Source of the DNA: Acidobacteriota bacterium
GTDB lineage: Bacteria > Acidobacteriota > Thermoanaerobaculia > Multivoradales > J023
Assembly: GCA_029263395.1 (NCBI GenBank)
Contig: JAJCXO010000208.1
Span: 79,892-143,891 of the forward strand
DNA length: 64,000 nucleotides
Direction of reading: 5' to 3'
This document shows, piece by piece, positions 9,631-19,478 of the stretch. The notes under the pieces are model-generated. The model did no database searches and had not been told where the DNA came from. It worked only from the letters and a program-made list of their open reading frames with translations. Positions within the stretch are counted from its first letter, which is position 1. The number at the start of each line of letters is the position of its first letter. The translations under genes and the position numbers were made by a program.

Positions 9631-11076
9631 TTAGCCGTCCTGGTCGCTCGTGTTGTTGGCAGTGGCGAGGATTGCGCTCTCGAGCTCGTCGAGGGACTCG
9701 GAGAGATAGCCGGTGAAGACATCGATGTCCGGCATGATCTCGCGGCTCGAGGTGGCTCCGATCGCCAATTTGCCAGCGTAACTGAAGATTGGCAGGATCA
9801 GCCCCATCCCATCGAAGATCGGGGCGGCTCCAATGTGGGCGATGAGTTTTGCCCCCGCGACGTACAGTGGGATCTGTGGACCGGGCACATTGGTGATGAC
9901 CAGATTGAAGATTGGACGATGTTTTTCGGCTAGATCCATGCGAGTGTACAGGCGAGCCCCCACGCCTGCCAGGCCGAAGGGAATGAATTTACTGTAGTCC
10001 GAGAGGGTCCGAGCGCCGATCGCCTGATGATGGACCTTGGAGCCGGTGGCACCCTCATGGATGAGGCGCAAACGCTCCACTGGATCCTCAACGTCGGTGG
10101 CGAGGGAGACCAGCATGGCTGAAACTTGATTACCCATCGTGCCGCGTTCATCCTCGGAGCGGACCGACACCGGCACCATCGCCACCAGGGGCTTTTCAGG
10201 CAGGTCACCGCTTCCGTCGAGGTAACGACGGAGGGCGCCCGCGCAGATCGCCAGTACCACGTCATTGACCGTGGCATCAACTTGGTGGCGGATCGCCTTG
10301 ATCCGATCGAGCGATAGGACCGCAGCGCTCCAGGAGCGGTTCTGGCTGACCGGTACGTTGAGTCGTGTGCGGGGTGCGCTGAACGGGAACGGTGGTGGCT
10401 TGATCTTCTTCAATCCCCAAACGGCGCCGCTCTTGACTACCCCTTTGACGGTTTCGCCGAGGGTTCCGGTCAATGCCTTGGGCACCTGCAGAAGACCTCG
10501 TCCGCTGCGTTTGAGCAGATCGGTCTTCGACAGCATTTCTTCCGGCTCGCGATGTGCGGCAGGAGCGATTTCTCGGGGCTCTGGTGACGGATCGTAAAGC
10601 GCACTCATGATCTCCGAGCCGGAGACGCCATCGATCGCCGCATGATGAATTTTGCTGATCAGGGCGATCGATCCCGAAGGGACCCCCCCGACGGTGTCCA
10701 GCCCCTCGACGAAAAGCAGCTCCCATAGGGGTTTGTCGCGGTCCATGATCTGGCCGAATTCCCAGGCCATCAGAGCGGACAGCTCTTTCAAGCCGCCGGG
10801 CTCGGGCAATTGGGTGCGCTGCACATGGCGGTTGATGTCGAAGTTTTCGTCCTCGACCCAATACGGCTTACCGAGTTTGAGGGGTACCTCGACAAGGCGC
10901 TGGGTAAAGGTCCGACTGGCGTGGATCCTCGACATCAACAGATCGCGCAACATATCGAGATCCAAGCGACCGTTGGGAGTTTCGGGATCAATGATCGAGA
11001 CGCCGCCGATGTGCATGGGAGCATTGGGCGTTTCGAGATATAGGAAAGAGGCATCGAGGCCGGTGAGTTGTTGCAT
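9631..11076 (-). CDS. Wax ester synthase / acyl-CoA:diacylglycerol acyltransferase (WS/DGAT family).
   Basis: The N-terminus MQQLTGLDASFLYLETPNAPMHIGG and the catalytic HHAAIDG (HHxxxDG) motif are characteristic of WS/DGAT. Confidence 0.85.
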   Translation of the reverse strand: MQQLTGLDASFLYLETPNAPMHIGGVSIIDPETPNGRLDLDMLRDLLMSRIHASRTFTQRLVEVPLKLGKPYWVEDENFDINRHVQRTQLPEPGGLKELSALMAWEFGQIMDRDKPLWELLFVEGLDTVGGVPSGSIALISKIHHAAIDGVSGSEIMSALYDPSPEPREIAPAAHREPEEMLSKTDLLKRSGRGLLQVPKALTGTLGETVKGVVKSGAVWGLKKIKPPPFPFSAPRTRLNVPVSQNRSWSAAVLSLDRIKAIRHQVDATVNDVVLAICAGALRRYLDGSGDLPEKPLVAMVPVSVRSEDERGTMGNQVSAMLVSLATDVEDPVERLRLIHEGATGSKVHHQAIGARTLSDYSKFIPFGLAGVGARLYTRMDLAEKHRPIFNLVITNVPGPQIPLYVAGAKLIAHIGAAPIFDGMGLILPIFSYAGKLAIGATSSREIMPDIDVFTGYLSESLDELESAILATANNTSDQDG

Positions 11077-11294
11077 GGATTGAGCTCTCCGCTACTGGGT
11101 TCGTGCTCTGTCGCGAAGATGCCTTTGGCTGCATCGTTCGACATCGCTCTCGAACGTATCGTTAGACCGCATCTCGGCCCTGTCTTCTTCGCAGACTTGC
11201 CATCCTGGCAAGCCTGACATGCTAGCAGCCCTTGTCGCTACCCGGGCTGAAGACCGCGGCAATGAAGGCCACCAAGGGCCGACCGGGCCGACGT

Positions 11295-12293
11295 CTAGGC
11301 TTCCGACGGCTGGACGCAGTCGATCGACAAATCCCGACTCTGTCTGTCGCGGGAAGCACCGTGTTTGTCGCGCGAAGCACCGTGTGTGTCGCGGGAGGCG
11401 GACCGCTTCTGGCTGGATGTTTCAACTTTCGATGCCTCATGGCCAGCTTCAGCCGGGTCCTTCGGCTGACGAAAAAACAGCTTCTTCCACCCCGAGCGTT
11501 CGAACTTCTGCCACTCGCCTTCCGGTTGCGACAGTCGATCGAGGATGACATGCAACACCAGGGGATTGGCGCCCAGTCCAATGTGGCTGCCTGGGACTTG
11601 GATGTTCTCCACCAGGGGACCGTCGGCATCCAGACTGCTGCGCCAGGCGACCACACCGTCGGTGCGGCTGTACACCGAGGTCGTGGGGACCGGCGGTGTG
11701 CTTCGGATGTGGTTGAAGGTCTCCGGGTCAACGTTGTCGATTTGGGTACCACTGACCCATTCGAAGAGCTTCCAGCTGCGGTTCGCCTTGGAATGGGCGT
11801 TGAACGGTGTGCCGAGAGTGATGACGCCGCGGACGTTCTCGGGGCTGCGGTTGGCTAGCAGTCGAGCGTAAACTCCACCGAGGCTCCAACCGATGACGCT
11901 CACCGTTCTGCCGTAGCGTTCCCGTAGCTCCAGCAATCGGTCCATCACACGATCTTCGATACCGTTCCGTGGTCCGAGATTACGCCCGAGTTTCCAACCA
12001 TGCGGTGCGTAGCCGTTGTCCTTGAGGAAACGCCGCATCGGTCGCGTGGAGACGTCAGTGGCGAGGAAGCCGGGTATGACAAGGACTGGATGCCCATCGC
12101 CTTGCGCGCTTCGTCGTAGGGCCGGAAGGACGGCATAAGTCGTCAACAACTCGCCGAGCGCACGACCTTCCAGCAGCAAGTAGCCTAGCGATGGCGGCTT
12201 GACCTCCTGAGGGACTGCGTTGGCACCTTCAGCTGGTGCCGACTCAGCCTCCGAAGCATCTTCAGGCGGCAAGCTGGATTGTGATGGCTTCAT
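11295..12293 (-). CDS. Alpha/beta-hydrolase (lipase/esterase-like).
   Basis: GWSLGG nucleophile elbow (GxSxG). The ORF-track start at 12338 is a TTG; the first ATG is at 12293 (MKPSQ...). The C-terminal tail carries a short tandem repeat (RDTHGAS/RDKHGAS) encoded by 20-bp units at 11345-11398. Confidence 0.65.
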   Translation of the reverse strand: MKPSQSSLPPEDASEAESAPAEGANAVPQEVKPPSLGYLLLEGRALGELLTTYAVLPALRRSAQGDGHPVLVIPGFLATDVSTRPMRRFLKDNGYAPHGWKLGRNLGPRNGIEDRVMDRLLELRERYGRTVSVIGWSLGGVYARLLANRSPENVRGVITLGTPFNAHSKANRSWKLFEWVSGTQIDNVDPETFNHIRSTPPVPTTSVYSRTDGVVAWRSSLDADGPLVENIQVPGSHIGLGANPLVLHVILDRLSQPEGEWQKFERSGWKKLFFRQPKDPAEAGHEASKVETSSQKRSASRDTHGASRDKHGASRDRQSRDLSIDCVQPSEA

Positions 12294-12504
12294 GACAATG
12301 TGAAGCGTGAGTTTACCGTGCGGTAAAGAACCGTGCAAGGCCGAGGGGTTGGTCGCTCGCTCTCAGGGACCGGAGACTGTACTCGAAGATCCGAAACCGT
12401 GTTGAGGATCGGAGACCGCCTTCGATACACTCGCCACAGAGCCTCTCGCGCACTCCCCGAAGGTCCATCACGGAAGATTTGCCGTCCTCGAAGGGACTTG
12501 AAGT

Positions 12505-13239
12505 ATGGTCGAAGAGTCGTTTCCCCCAGTACCGCCTCAGATACCGCCCGGCTGGGAGGGCGCGTCGACGGAGGACGCGGAACGTCCGAGAATACCGTGG
12601 GAGGAGCGCAACAGGCTCGGGTGGGCCGATGCCTTGATCGAGACGGTCAAGCTGATCGTCACCGCGCCAGCTGATGCATTTTCCAGATTGAGAGCGGATG
12701 GCGAGGTGATTTGGCCGCTGCTCTTCGGTCTGTTCTTCAGCTGGCTCGGGCAGGCTTTTGGTCAGATGTGGAACTTGGTGTTTGGCCAAGCGATGCAATC
12801 CAATCTGGGTGAGATCAGTGAGCTCGAAGGTTTTGGCCAGCTTTTTGCGGCCAGTCCGCTCAGCGCCCTGATCTGGATTGTGGTGTGGCCACTTCTGTTC
12901 GGAATCGTGATGTTGATCTCCGCCGGGATTTTTCACCTGAGTCTGTTGCTCGTCGGCGCGACCAATAAGTCGGCGACTGGATTCGAGGGTACCTTCAAGG
13001 TGCTCTGTTACGCCCAGGTCTCGAGCTTGCTGTCGATAGTCCCGATACTTGGCGGACTCCTGGCCATCCTGGCGTCGCTGGTCTTGACAGTGATCGGTTT
13101 CACTAAAGTTCACCAGGCAAACCAGGGCAGCGCGTTGGTTGCGGTGTTGATCCCAGTGTCCTTGTGCTGTGTCTGCTGCTTGGTGTTTTTTGTGCTGATG
13201 ATCGGAGGCGCCATGGCGGCGCTGACGGCTGGTGGCTGA
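12505..13239 (+). CDS. Yip1-family integral membrane protein.
   Basis: A Pro-rich cytoplasmic N-terminus followed by five hydrophobic helices with the Yip1-like pattern (...WPLLFGLFFSWLGQ...). 244 aa. Confidence 0.65.
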   Translation: MVEESFPPVPPQIPPGWEGASTEDAERPRIPWEERNRLGWADALIETVKLIVTAPADAFSRLRADGEVIWPLLFGLFFSWLGQAFGQMWNLVFGQAMQSNLGEISELEGFGQLFAASPLSALIWIVVWPLLFGIVMLISAGIFHLSLLLVGATNKSATGFEGTFKVLCYAQVSSLLSIVPILGGLLAILASLVLTVIGFTKVHQANQGSALVAVLIPVSLCCVCCLVFFVLMIGGAMAALTAGG

Positions 13240-13621
13240 GCCCGTCGGTCGCCAGTTCGGTTTGTTGTGGGGCATAGCCGCGCTGTCCTTGATTGCGCTT
13301 TCGCCGCTGGCAGCGGCAGCCGCTGGCAACCTGTGGAGCTGTCCCTTCAAGAGCATGGTTGGTTTTGCCTGTCCTGGGTGTGGCACCACTCGGGCGGCGC
13401 TGGACCTCGCCCGGCTCGATCCATTGCACGCAGTGACGCACTACCCGTTGCCAGCCCTCGCTTGGATGGGATTTATCGTTGGCGGGCTTGTGGCTGGCTG
13501 GCGCGCTTGGCGCCGTCAGTCCCTTCCACGAGTCCCTCGTCGACTGCCGATTTGGGCACGCTGCGCCCTCGTCGGCGTTGTCCTGGTCAACTGGGCGTAC
13601 TCGATCGCGACCGGGGTTTGA
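13232..13621 (+). CDS. DUF2752-like small membrane protein (CPxCG zinc-ribbon-like motif), translationally coupled to Yip1.
   Basis: It has a GTG start overlapping the Yip1 stop by 8 nt. It contains CPFKSMVGFACPGCGTTRA followed by two TM helices. Confidence 0.55.
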   Translation: MAEPVGRQFGLLWGIAALSLIALSPLAAAAAGNLWSCPFKSMVGFACPGCGTTRAALDLARLDPLHAVTHYPLPALAWMGFIVGGLVAGWRAWRRQSLPRVPRRLPIWARCALVGVVLVNWAYSIATGV

Positions 13622-13634
13622 GGCCGACCCGAGC

Positions 13635-16571
13635 TCAGTCTTCGTAACTCTCGATCGGCGGGCAAGTGCAGATCAGGTTGCGGTCTCCCCAGGCATTGTC
13701 GATCCGACCGACCGAGGGCCAGAATTTTGATTCCCGGGTCCAAGGTGCGGGGAACGCAGCCACCTCTCTAGAGTAAGGGTGCGTCCACTCTGAAGCGGTC
13801 ACCATAGCCGCGGTGTGAGGCGCGTTGTGGAGCGGATTGTCCTCACGGTCTGAGCGCCCTGCTTCGATCTCGCGAATCTCTTCGCGGATTGCGATCATGG
13901 CATCACAGAACCGATCGAGCTCAGTTTTGCACTCGCTCTCGGTGGGTTCGATCATCAGGGTGCCAGGCACTGGGAACGACATCGTCGGAGCGTGGAAACC
14001 ATAGTCCATGAGGCGTTTGGCGATGTCTTCCGCGCCGATGTCGGCGCTGGTCTCGAACGGTCGGATATCGACGATCAACTCATGGGCGACGCGTCCGCGG
14101 TCGCCGCGGTAGAGCACCGGGTAGTGATCCTGGAGTCGGGCGGCCATGTAATTGGCGTTGAGAATCGCCACTTCGGACGCTCGCTTCAATCCGATTGGGC
14201 CCATCAACGCGATGTACATCCAGGAAATTGGAAGGATACTGGCGCTGCCCCAAGGGGCCGCTGCCACTGCCCCCATCGAATGGTCGCCGCCGACCTCGAC
14301 TACTGGGTGATTGGGGAGAAATGGTGCGAGATGCAATTTGACGCCACAGGGACCAACTCCCGGACCACCGCCGCCGTGGGGGATACAGAATGTCTTGTGG
14401 AGGTTCAAATGGCAAACGTCGGCGCCGTAGTCAGCGGGGCGGCATAAACCGACCTGAGCGTTGAGGTTGGCGCCGTCGAGGTAAACCTGGCCGCCATGCT
14501 GATGAATGATGTCGCAGATATCACGGATCGCTTCTTCGAAAACGCCGTGGGTCGACGGATAGGTGACCATCAAAGCGGCGAGCGTTTCACTGTGGGCCTC
14601 AGCCTTGGCGCGCAGATCGTCGAGGTCGACATTACCCCGATCATCACAGGCGACGACCACCACTTTCATGCCTGCCATCACCGACGATGCCGGGTTGGTG
14701 CCGTGAGCGGAGATCGGTACCAGACAAACGTTCCGATGACTCTCGCCGCGTGAGCGATGGAATGCGCGAATTACCATCAAGCCGGTGTATTCACCTTGTG
14801 CGCCAGCGTTGGGTTGCACCGACATGGCGTCGAAGCCGGTGATGGCGCACAGCCAAGTCTCGAGCGAGTCGAAGAGGAGTCGGTACCCTTGGCTTTGGCT
14901 CGCCGGAACAAAAGGATGCATGTTGGCAATTTCAGTCCAACCGATCGGCACCATTTCGCTGGTGGCGTTGAGCTTCATGGTGCACGAGCCGAGCGAGATC
15001 ATCGATGTTGTCAACGATAGATCGCGGCGTTCGAGTCGATTGAGATACCGTAACATCTCATGCTCGGTGCGATAGTTGTGAAACACCGGATGGGTCAGAA
15101 AGTCAGAGTGGCGTCGGTGTTCAGCGGGAAGCTCCGCCGAGCCGCTCAACTCAGCAAGCGCTGGCGCCTCGACCTCATCACCTGCGGCCTCGGCGAAAAG
15201 GCCGAGCAGGGCCACCAGCTCAGCGATGGTGGTCGCTTCGTCGAGGGATAACCCGATGCTGTGGTCGCCCAAGCGTCGAAGATTGATCCGGCGTGCTTCG
15301 GCCGCCTGCAGGAGGTCGTCGGCGCTTTGATCTTGGAGCTCGATCCGCAGCGTGTCGAAGCATGGTGCTTCGTCCACCGCCCAGCCCAGGCGTCGCAGGC
15401 CGGAGGCCAGCGTTGTGGTCATGGCATGGACGCGCTGGGCGATACGCCGCAGGCCATCCGGGCCATGGTAAACGGCATACATACCGGCCATGATGGCGAG
15501 AAGTACTTGGGCGGTGCAGATATTCGACGTCGCCTTTTCACGCCGGATGTGCTGTTCGCGAGTTTGCATCGCCATGCGGTAGGCCGGCTGATCCTGGCTG
15601 TCGCGCGAAATCCCAATGATCCGCCCAGGGATTTGCCGCTTGTGCTTTTCGGTGGTTGCCAGGAATGCGGCGTGCGGACCGCCGAAACCCAAAGGCACCC
15701 CGAATCTCTGTGACGAGCCCACCGCGATATCCGCGCCGAGTTCGCCCGGAGGCCGGAGCAGAGTGAGCGCCAGCAGGTCGGTCGCCATGATCACCATGGC
15801 TTTGGCAGCGTGGGCTTGTTCGATCAGTGGTCCGTAGTCGAGGATCTTGCCATCGGTGGTCGGATATTGGAGCAGAACGCCGCACACGTCGCCTGCCGCA
15901 AGATCTATCTCGCGATGGTCGCCGATACGGAGTTCGATGCCCAGGCCCGCGGCTCGGGTCGTCAACACCGCAAGGGTTTGCGGGTGACAGTCACTGGCTG
16001 CGAAGAACGCCGGCTTTTTGCCGCGGGCGATGCTGTAGGCCATCCCCATCGCCTCGGCCGCCGCGGTTGCTTCGTCGAGCAGCGAGGCGTTGGCCACCGG
16101 TAGGCCAGTGAGATCCGACACCATGGTTTGATAATTGATCAGGGCTTCGAGCCGACCTTGGGAGATCTCAGCCTGGTAGGGCGTGTACTGGGTATACCAG
16201 CCAGGATTTTCGAGGATGTTGCGTTGGATGACAGCCGGCACCAAGCAGTCGTAATAGCCCATACCGATGAACGAGCGGAACACCTCGTTGCGGCTCACCA
16301 TCGATTTCAGCCAGGCGCGCCCTTCGACCTCGCCGATCGCCCGGGCTGGGTCGTCGATGCCATCGATCTCGAGCCTTTCCTCATAGCGGATCGATGCCGG
16401 CACGGTTTCATCGATCAACTGGTCGAGTGAGTTGACACCGAGTGCGTCCAGCATGCCACCGATCTCGTTGTCCGAGGGGCCGATATGGCGATGAACGAAC
16501 GTGTCCGTTGGCTCGAAGAGACCGTCGGTGGGAGACGTGGCTGCGGTGCGGGGCGAGGTACTTACACTCAT
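13635..16571 (-). CDS. gcvP: Glycine dehydrogenase (decarboxylating), the single-chain P-protein of the glycine cleavage system.
   Basis: 978 aa with an ATG start. The N-terminus ...[21 protein letters not shown]... and the overall length are diagnostic. No gcvT or gcvH is adjacent. Confidence 0.95.
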   Translation of the reverse strand: MSVSTSPRTAATSPTDGLFEPTDTFVHRHIGPSDNEIGGMLDALGVNSLDQLIDETVPASIRYEERLEIDGIDDPARAIGEVEGRAWLKSMVSRNEVFRSFIGMGYYDCLVPAVIQRNILENPGWYTQYTPYQAEISQGRLEALINYQTMVSDLTGLPVANASLLDEATAAAEAMGMAYSIARGKKPAFFAASDCHPQTLAVLTTRAAGLGIELRIGDHREIDLAAGDVCGVLLQYPTTDGKILDYGPLIEQAHAAKAMVIMATDLLALTLLRPPGELGADIAVGSSQRFGVPLGFGGPHAAFLATTEKHKRQIPGRIIGISRDSQDQPAYRMAMQTREQHIRREKATSNICTAQVLLAIMAGMYAVYHGPDGLRRIAQRVHAMTTTLASGLRRLGWAVDEAPCFDTLRIELQDQSADDLLQAAEARRINLRRLGDHSIGLSLDEATTIAELVALLGLFAEAAGDEVEAPALAELSGSAELPAEHRRHSDFLTHPVFHNYRTEHEMLRYLNRLERRDLSLTTSMISLGSCTMKLNATSEMVPIGWTEIANMHPFVPASQSQGYRLLFDSLETWLCAITGFDAMSVQPNAGAQGEYTGLMVIRAFHRSRGESHRNVCLVPISAHGTNPASSVMAGMKVVVVACDDRGNVDLDDLRAKAEAHSETLAALMVTYPSTHGVFEEAIRDICDIIHQHGGQVYLDGANLNAQVGLCRPADYGADVCHLNLHKTFCIPHGGGGPGVGPCGVKLHLAPFLPNHPVVEVGGDHSMGAVAAAPWGSASILPISWMYIALMGPIGLKRASEVAILNANYMAARLQDHYPVLYRGDRGRVAHELIVDIRPFETSADIGAEDIAKRLMDYGFHAPTMSFPVPGTLMIEPTESECKTELDRFCDAMIAIREEIREIEAGRSDREDNPLHNAPHTAAMVTASEWTHPYSREVAAFPAPWTRESKFWPSVGRIDNAWGDRNLICTCPPIESYED

Positions 16572-16965
16572 CTTCGGTAGTCCGGGGAAATGTTAGAGCT
16601 ATGCGGCGCGGGAGCGCTGCACGACAGGAGGGATCCACGTCGAGGGTGGCGTCGTCGCGGAATAATACTTCAGAAGTTGTGGCGGTTAGGTGATCACATG
16701 CCGCCGATGGTCGACGACCAGGCCGACGTATCACCGGTCTCGAAATTACCCTTAGCCTGTCGGTCAGCAATCGACGCGCTGGTCAAGATCGCGAGCGCGA
16801 CGGAAAACGAGATGGGCACAGCGATGCGGTGCGATCGAAATCCGAGCATGGCAAACGACCTCCAGTTTGGCTTTGAGACGGTTGCGGGAGCTGTCGACGA
16901 AGAGCAATCAGGAGCCAGCGATTCTATAGGAGTTGACGTTGTCGTTCCTGAACTCTTACCGCTTC

Positions 16966-19428
16966 TCAGCCGGACCGTGTCCTGACCTGTACCTGTCGCC
17001 GGGCCGAAAGTCCTGCTTCATCCATGACGACAATTTCATGGTGTCCAGGTTGCGGCAGCCACCAGACGCGGTCGGCAGCATCGGCGGCGGCGAGGAATTC
17101 GCCGTCAACGAACCAGGAGAGTCGAGACCCGGGGTTCAGGCTCTCGGCTTGCAAAGGTACCTCTTGATCTGAGGCCGGGATGCCCGGCAACAACACCAGA
17201 ATTTGGCCCGCTGGTGGCGACAGGATGGTAGGGGCACGCCGCTGTCCGGCGACCCGGCATTCGTCAGCCAGGGTAGGCGGATTGGGCAACCAGCGATGGC
17301 CGGCGGTGAGCCAGCGCCGAATGCTGGCCGGCCAGACGACATAGTTGCGAGTTTCGTAGGAACGGCCGGCGCGACAGGAGGGGTTGAGTGCGAGGCCGGT
17401 AGTGAGGTCGACATCGATCGCCGTGTGGTAGGGGCAACGCTGAGTCGGGACTCGATGGCGTAGTGCCAAAACTCGGCGGCGCTGTTCGCAAGCTGGCTTC
17501 GGTAGGTACCCTGAGTAGGCGCAGACTTCCACCCGTTTGAGATCATTTGGTGGTCGCTCGGCGATCCGTGGGCGAGATCGATCGGCAACGGCTTCCAGCA
17601 GATCGAACAACAGTGGCCCGGCAGCCTCGGCACCAACTAGATCGACGCTCGGCTGGTTGTCAAAGTTGCCGAGCCAAACGACCGCGGTGTGATCGGGCCC
17701 CGAGCCCGCCGCCCAGGCATCGCGGTGACCGTAGCTGGTGCCGGTTTTCCAATGGATTGCTGGCGGTGCTCCCGACAGCTTGCGGCGGGATGGGAAGTCC
17801 GGCCGGTCTCGGCGTGCGAGTGCCCGTCGGGTCAAGAAGGCGCTGCCTGGAGAAAAAATCCGCGCGTCCGCGGGTTGGTCGGTGGCTGTGCTGAGCCAGC
17901 GCAGTGGACGATACTGTCCGTCTCGAGCCAAGCCAGTGTAGAGTGCAGCCACTTCGAGGGGTGTGATGTCGACCGAGCCGATCGCGGCTGACAGTCCGTA
18001 ATAACCGCGCTCGTGACGCAGCCCGGCCGCCCCCGCAGCCTGCAGGTTGCCAATGAAACGTTCGACCCCGAGTCGGCCGAGCAGCCGGACGAAGGGAATG
18101 TTGAGGGAGAACGACAGCGCGTCTTCGAGCGGAATCAAGCCGGTGAATGTACCGTCGTAATTGCGTGGCGCGTAGTCGGTGTAAGCGGTTGGAACATCGG
18201 GCACCAGGTGTTCGGGTAAGGCTAATCCACGGTCGATTGCGAGTGCGTAAATGAATGGTTTGAGAGCCGAGCCTGGCGAGCGAGGCGTATCGAAGCCGAT
18301 GATCTGGCCGCCGTGTTGCTCGTCCCAGAAATCGAAGTTGCCGACCAGGGCGCGCACTTCGGCCGTGCGATGGTCGACGATCACGGCGGCACCATTGTGG
18401 ATGCCTTGAAACGCCATCTCGGCGTGGGTACCGGCCATCGCCTTCTCGGCCATCCGTTGCAGACCGCGATCCAAGGTTGTTTCGATACGTGTTGCACCTT
18501 GTAGCCGGGGTTGGGCTGTCAGCCAGAAGGCGGCATGGGGTGCGTAACGAGGCAGCGGCCGTACCTCACTGGGCAACGCGGCTGTTCGCAATCGTGTTGA
18601 GGATGGGTCGTCGCTCGAGGTGATTCCGCGATCCTCCAGCCAGCCGATGATGTCATCGCGAGCAGCACGTAGCCGTTCGCTGTTGTCACGGGTCGGGAAT
18701 CGACGGCTTGGGCGCTGAGGCACAGCCAGCAACACGGCAATCTCGTCGAACGTCAGGTCTTGCGGGCCGTGGCCGAAGTAGGCGTGGGAGGCTGCGACGA
18801 CCCCTTCGATGTTGCGGCCGAAGGGGATGAAGCTCAGGTAGGCCGCCAGGATTTCCGGCTTCGACATCCGTGCTTCGATCTGCATTGCCCGCAACGCCTC
18901 GGTGATTTTGGACCGTAGGCTGCGAGGCCGCGGTTCGAGTACCCTCACCAGTTGCATGGTAAGGGTCGAGGCGCCGGAAGCCACCCGTTGGTAGCGTATG
19001 TTGAGACCGATGGCCCGTACTACTGCCAGCGGGTCGACGCCAGGGTGACGATAAAAACGTTTGTCCTCGAAGCGCAGCAGGGCTGCCAAATAGTCCGGGT
19101 CGACTGCGACGTCGGCGTCAAGATCGGCGTCAGTGTCGATCTCGGAGGATGTGACCGCCATCCGGTATTTGTCGTCAGGGGATAAAAAGACGTAGGCTGG
19201 CGAGCCATCTTCGAATGTGACGACGGTCGAGGGTGGTTCGGCGAGGCGGTCCGGGAGCGGCAGAACGTAAGCCAACGCCCAGAACGAGCCGAAGATGAGG
19301 CTGAACAGCACCAGCAGGATGAGCGTCCGGCGTCGCCAGATGTTGGTCCACGAAACGTTGGCCCGCCAAAGACGATCTCGCCAGACCTCGCGGCGTTGTA
19401 CTTTTGGAATGCCGGCGCTCGAGTCCAT
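16966..19428 (-). CDS. pbpC: Penicillin-binding protein 1C (transglycosylase plus transpeptidase), the usual partner of bacterial alpha-2-macroglobulin.
   Basis: Start ATG at 19428 (MDSSAGIPKVQ...). A TM anchor (LILLVLFSLIFGSFWALAYVL) is followed by transglycosylase motifs (RFEDKRFYRHPGVDPLAVVRA) and a transpeptidase domain. The ORF-track extension to 19635 overlaps the upstream gene and is not coding. Confidence 0.85.
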   Translation of the reverse strand: MDSSAGIPKVQRREVWRDRLWRANVSWTNIWRRRTLILLVLFSLIFGSFWALAYVLPLPDRLAEPPSTVVTFEDGSPAYVFLSPDDKYRMAVTSSEIDTDADLDADVAVDPDYLAALLRFEDKRFYRHPGVDPLAVVRAIGLNIRYQRVASGASTLTMQLVRVLEPRPRSLRSKITEALRAMQIEARMSKPEILAAYLSFIPFGRNIEGVVAASHAYFGHGPQDLTFDEIAVLLAVPQRPSRRFPTRDNSERLRAARDDIIGWLEDRGITSSDDPSSTRLRTAALPSEVRPLPRYAPHAAFWLTAQPRLQGATRIETTLDRGLQRMAEKAMAGTHAEMAFQGIHNGAAVIVDHRTAEVRALVGNFDFWDEQHGGQIIGFDTPRSPGSALKPFIYALAIDRGLALPEHLVPDVPTAYTDYAPRNYDGTFTGLIPLEDALSFSLNIPFVRLLGRLGVERFIGNLQAAGAAGLRHERGYYGLSAAIGSVDITPLEVAALYTGLARDGQYRPLRWLSTATDQPADARIFSPGSAFLTRRALARRDRPDFPSRRKLSGAPPAIHWKTGTSYGHRDAWAAGSGPDHTAVVWLGNFDNQPSVDLVGAEAAGPLLFDLLEAVADRSRPRIAERPPNDLKRVEVCAYSGYLPKPACEQRRRVLALRHRVPTQRCPYHTAIDVDLTTGLALNPSCRAGRSYETRNYVVWPASIRRWLTAGHRWLPNPPTLADECRVAGQRRAPTILSPPAGQILVLLPGIPASDQEVPLQAESLNPGSRLSWFVDGEFLAAADAADRVWWLPQPGHHEIVVMDEAGLSARRQVQVRTRSG

Positions 19429-19432
19429 CCAA

Positions 19433-19478
19433 ATTACTCCGCTCCCGGCGTGATAGTTACTCCGCCCCCGGCGTAATC
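19433..19478. repeat. 23-bp tandem duplication (attactccgc[t/c]cccggcgt[g/a]ata x2) spanning the alpha-2-macroglobulin stop codon and the pbpC RBS.
   Basis: On the minus strand both copies read ACGCCGGG(G/A)GCGGAGTAA, that is TPGAE-stop. The distal copy supplies GGAGCGGAG 8 nt upstream of the pbpC ATG. Confidence 0.7.

Noticed and set aside
16572-16965. Possible glycine riboswitch in the 394-nt gcvP leader
   Set aside because: I looked on the minus strand for the conserved ACCGAAGGGGCAA / CUCUGGAGAG cores and did not find them. Only a chance 'accgaag' lies next to the start codon. An infernal/Rfam scan would settle it.
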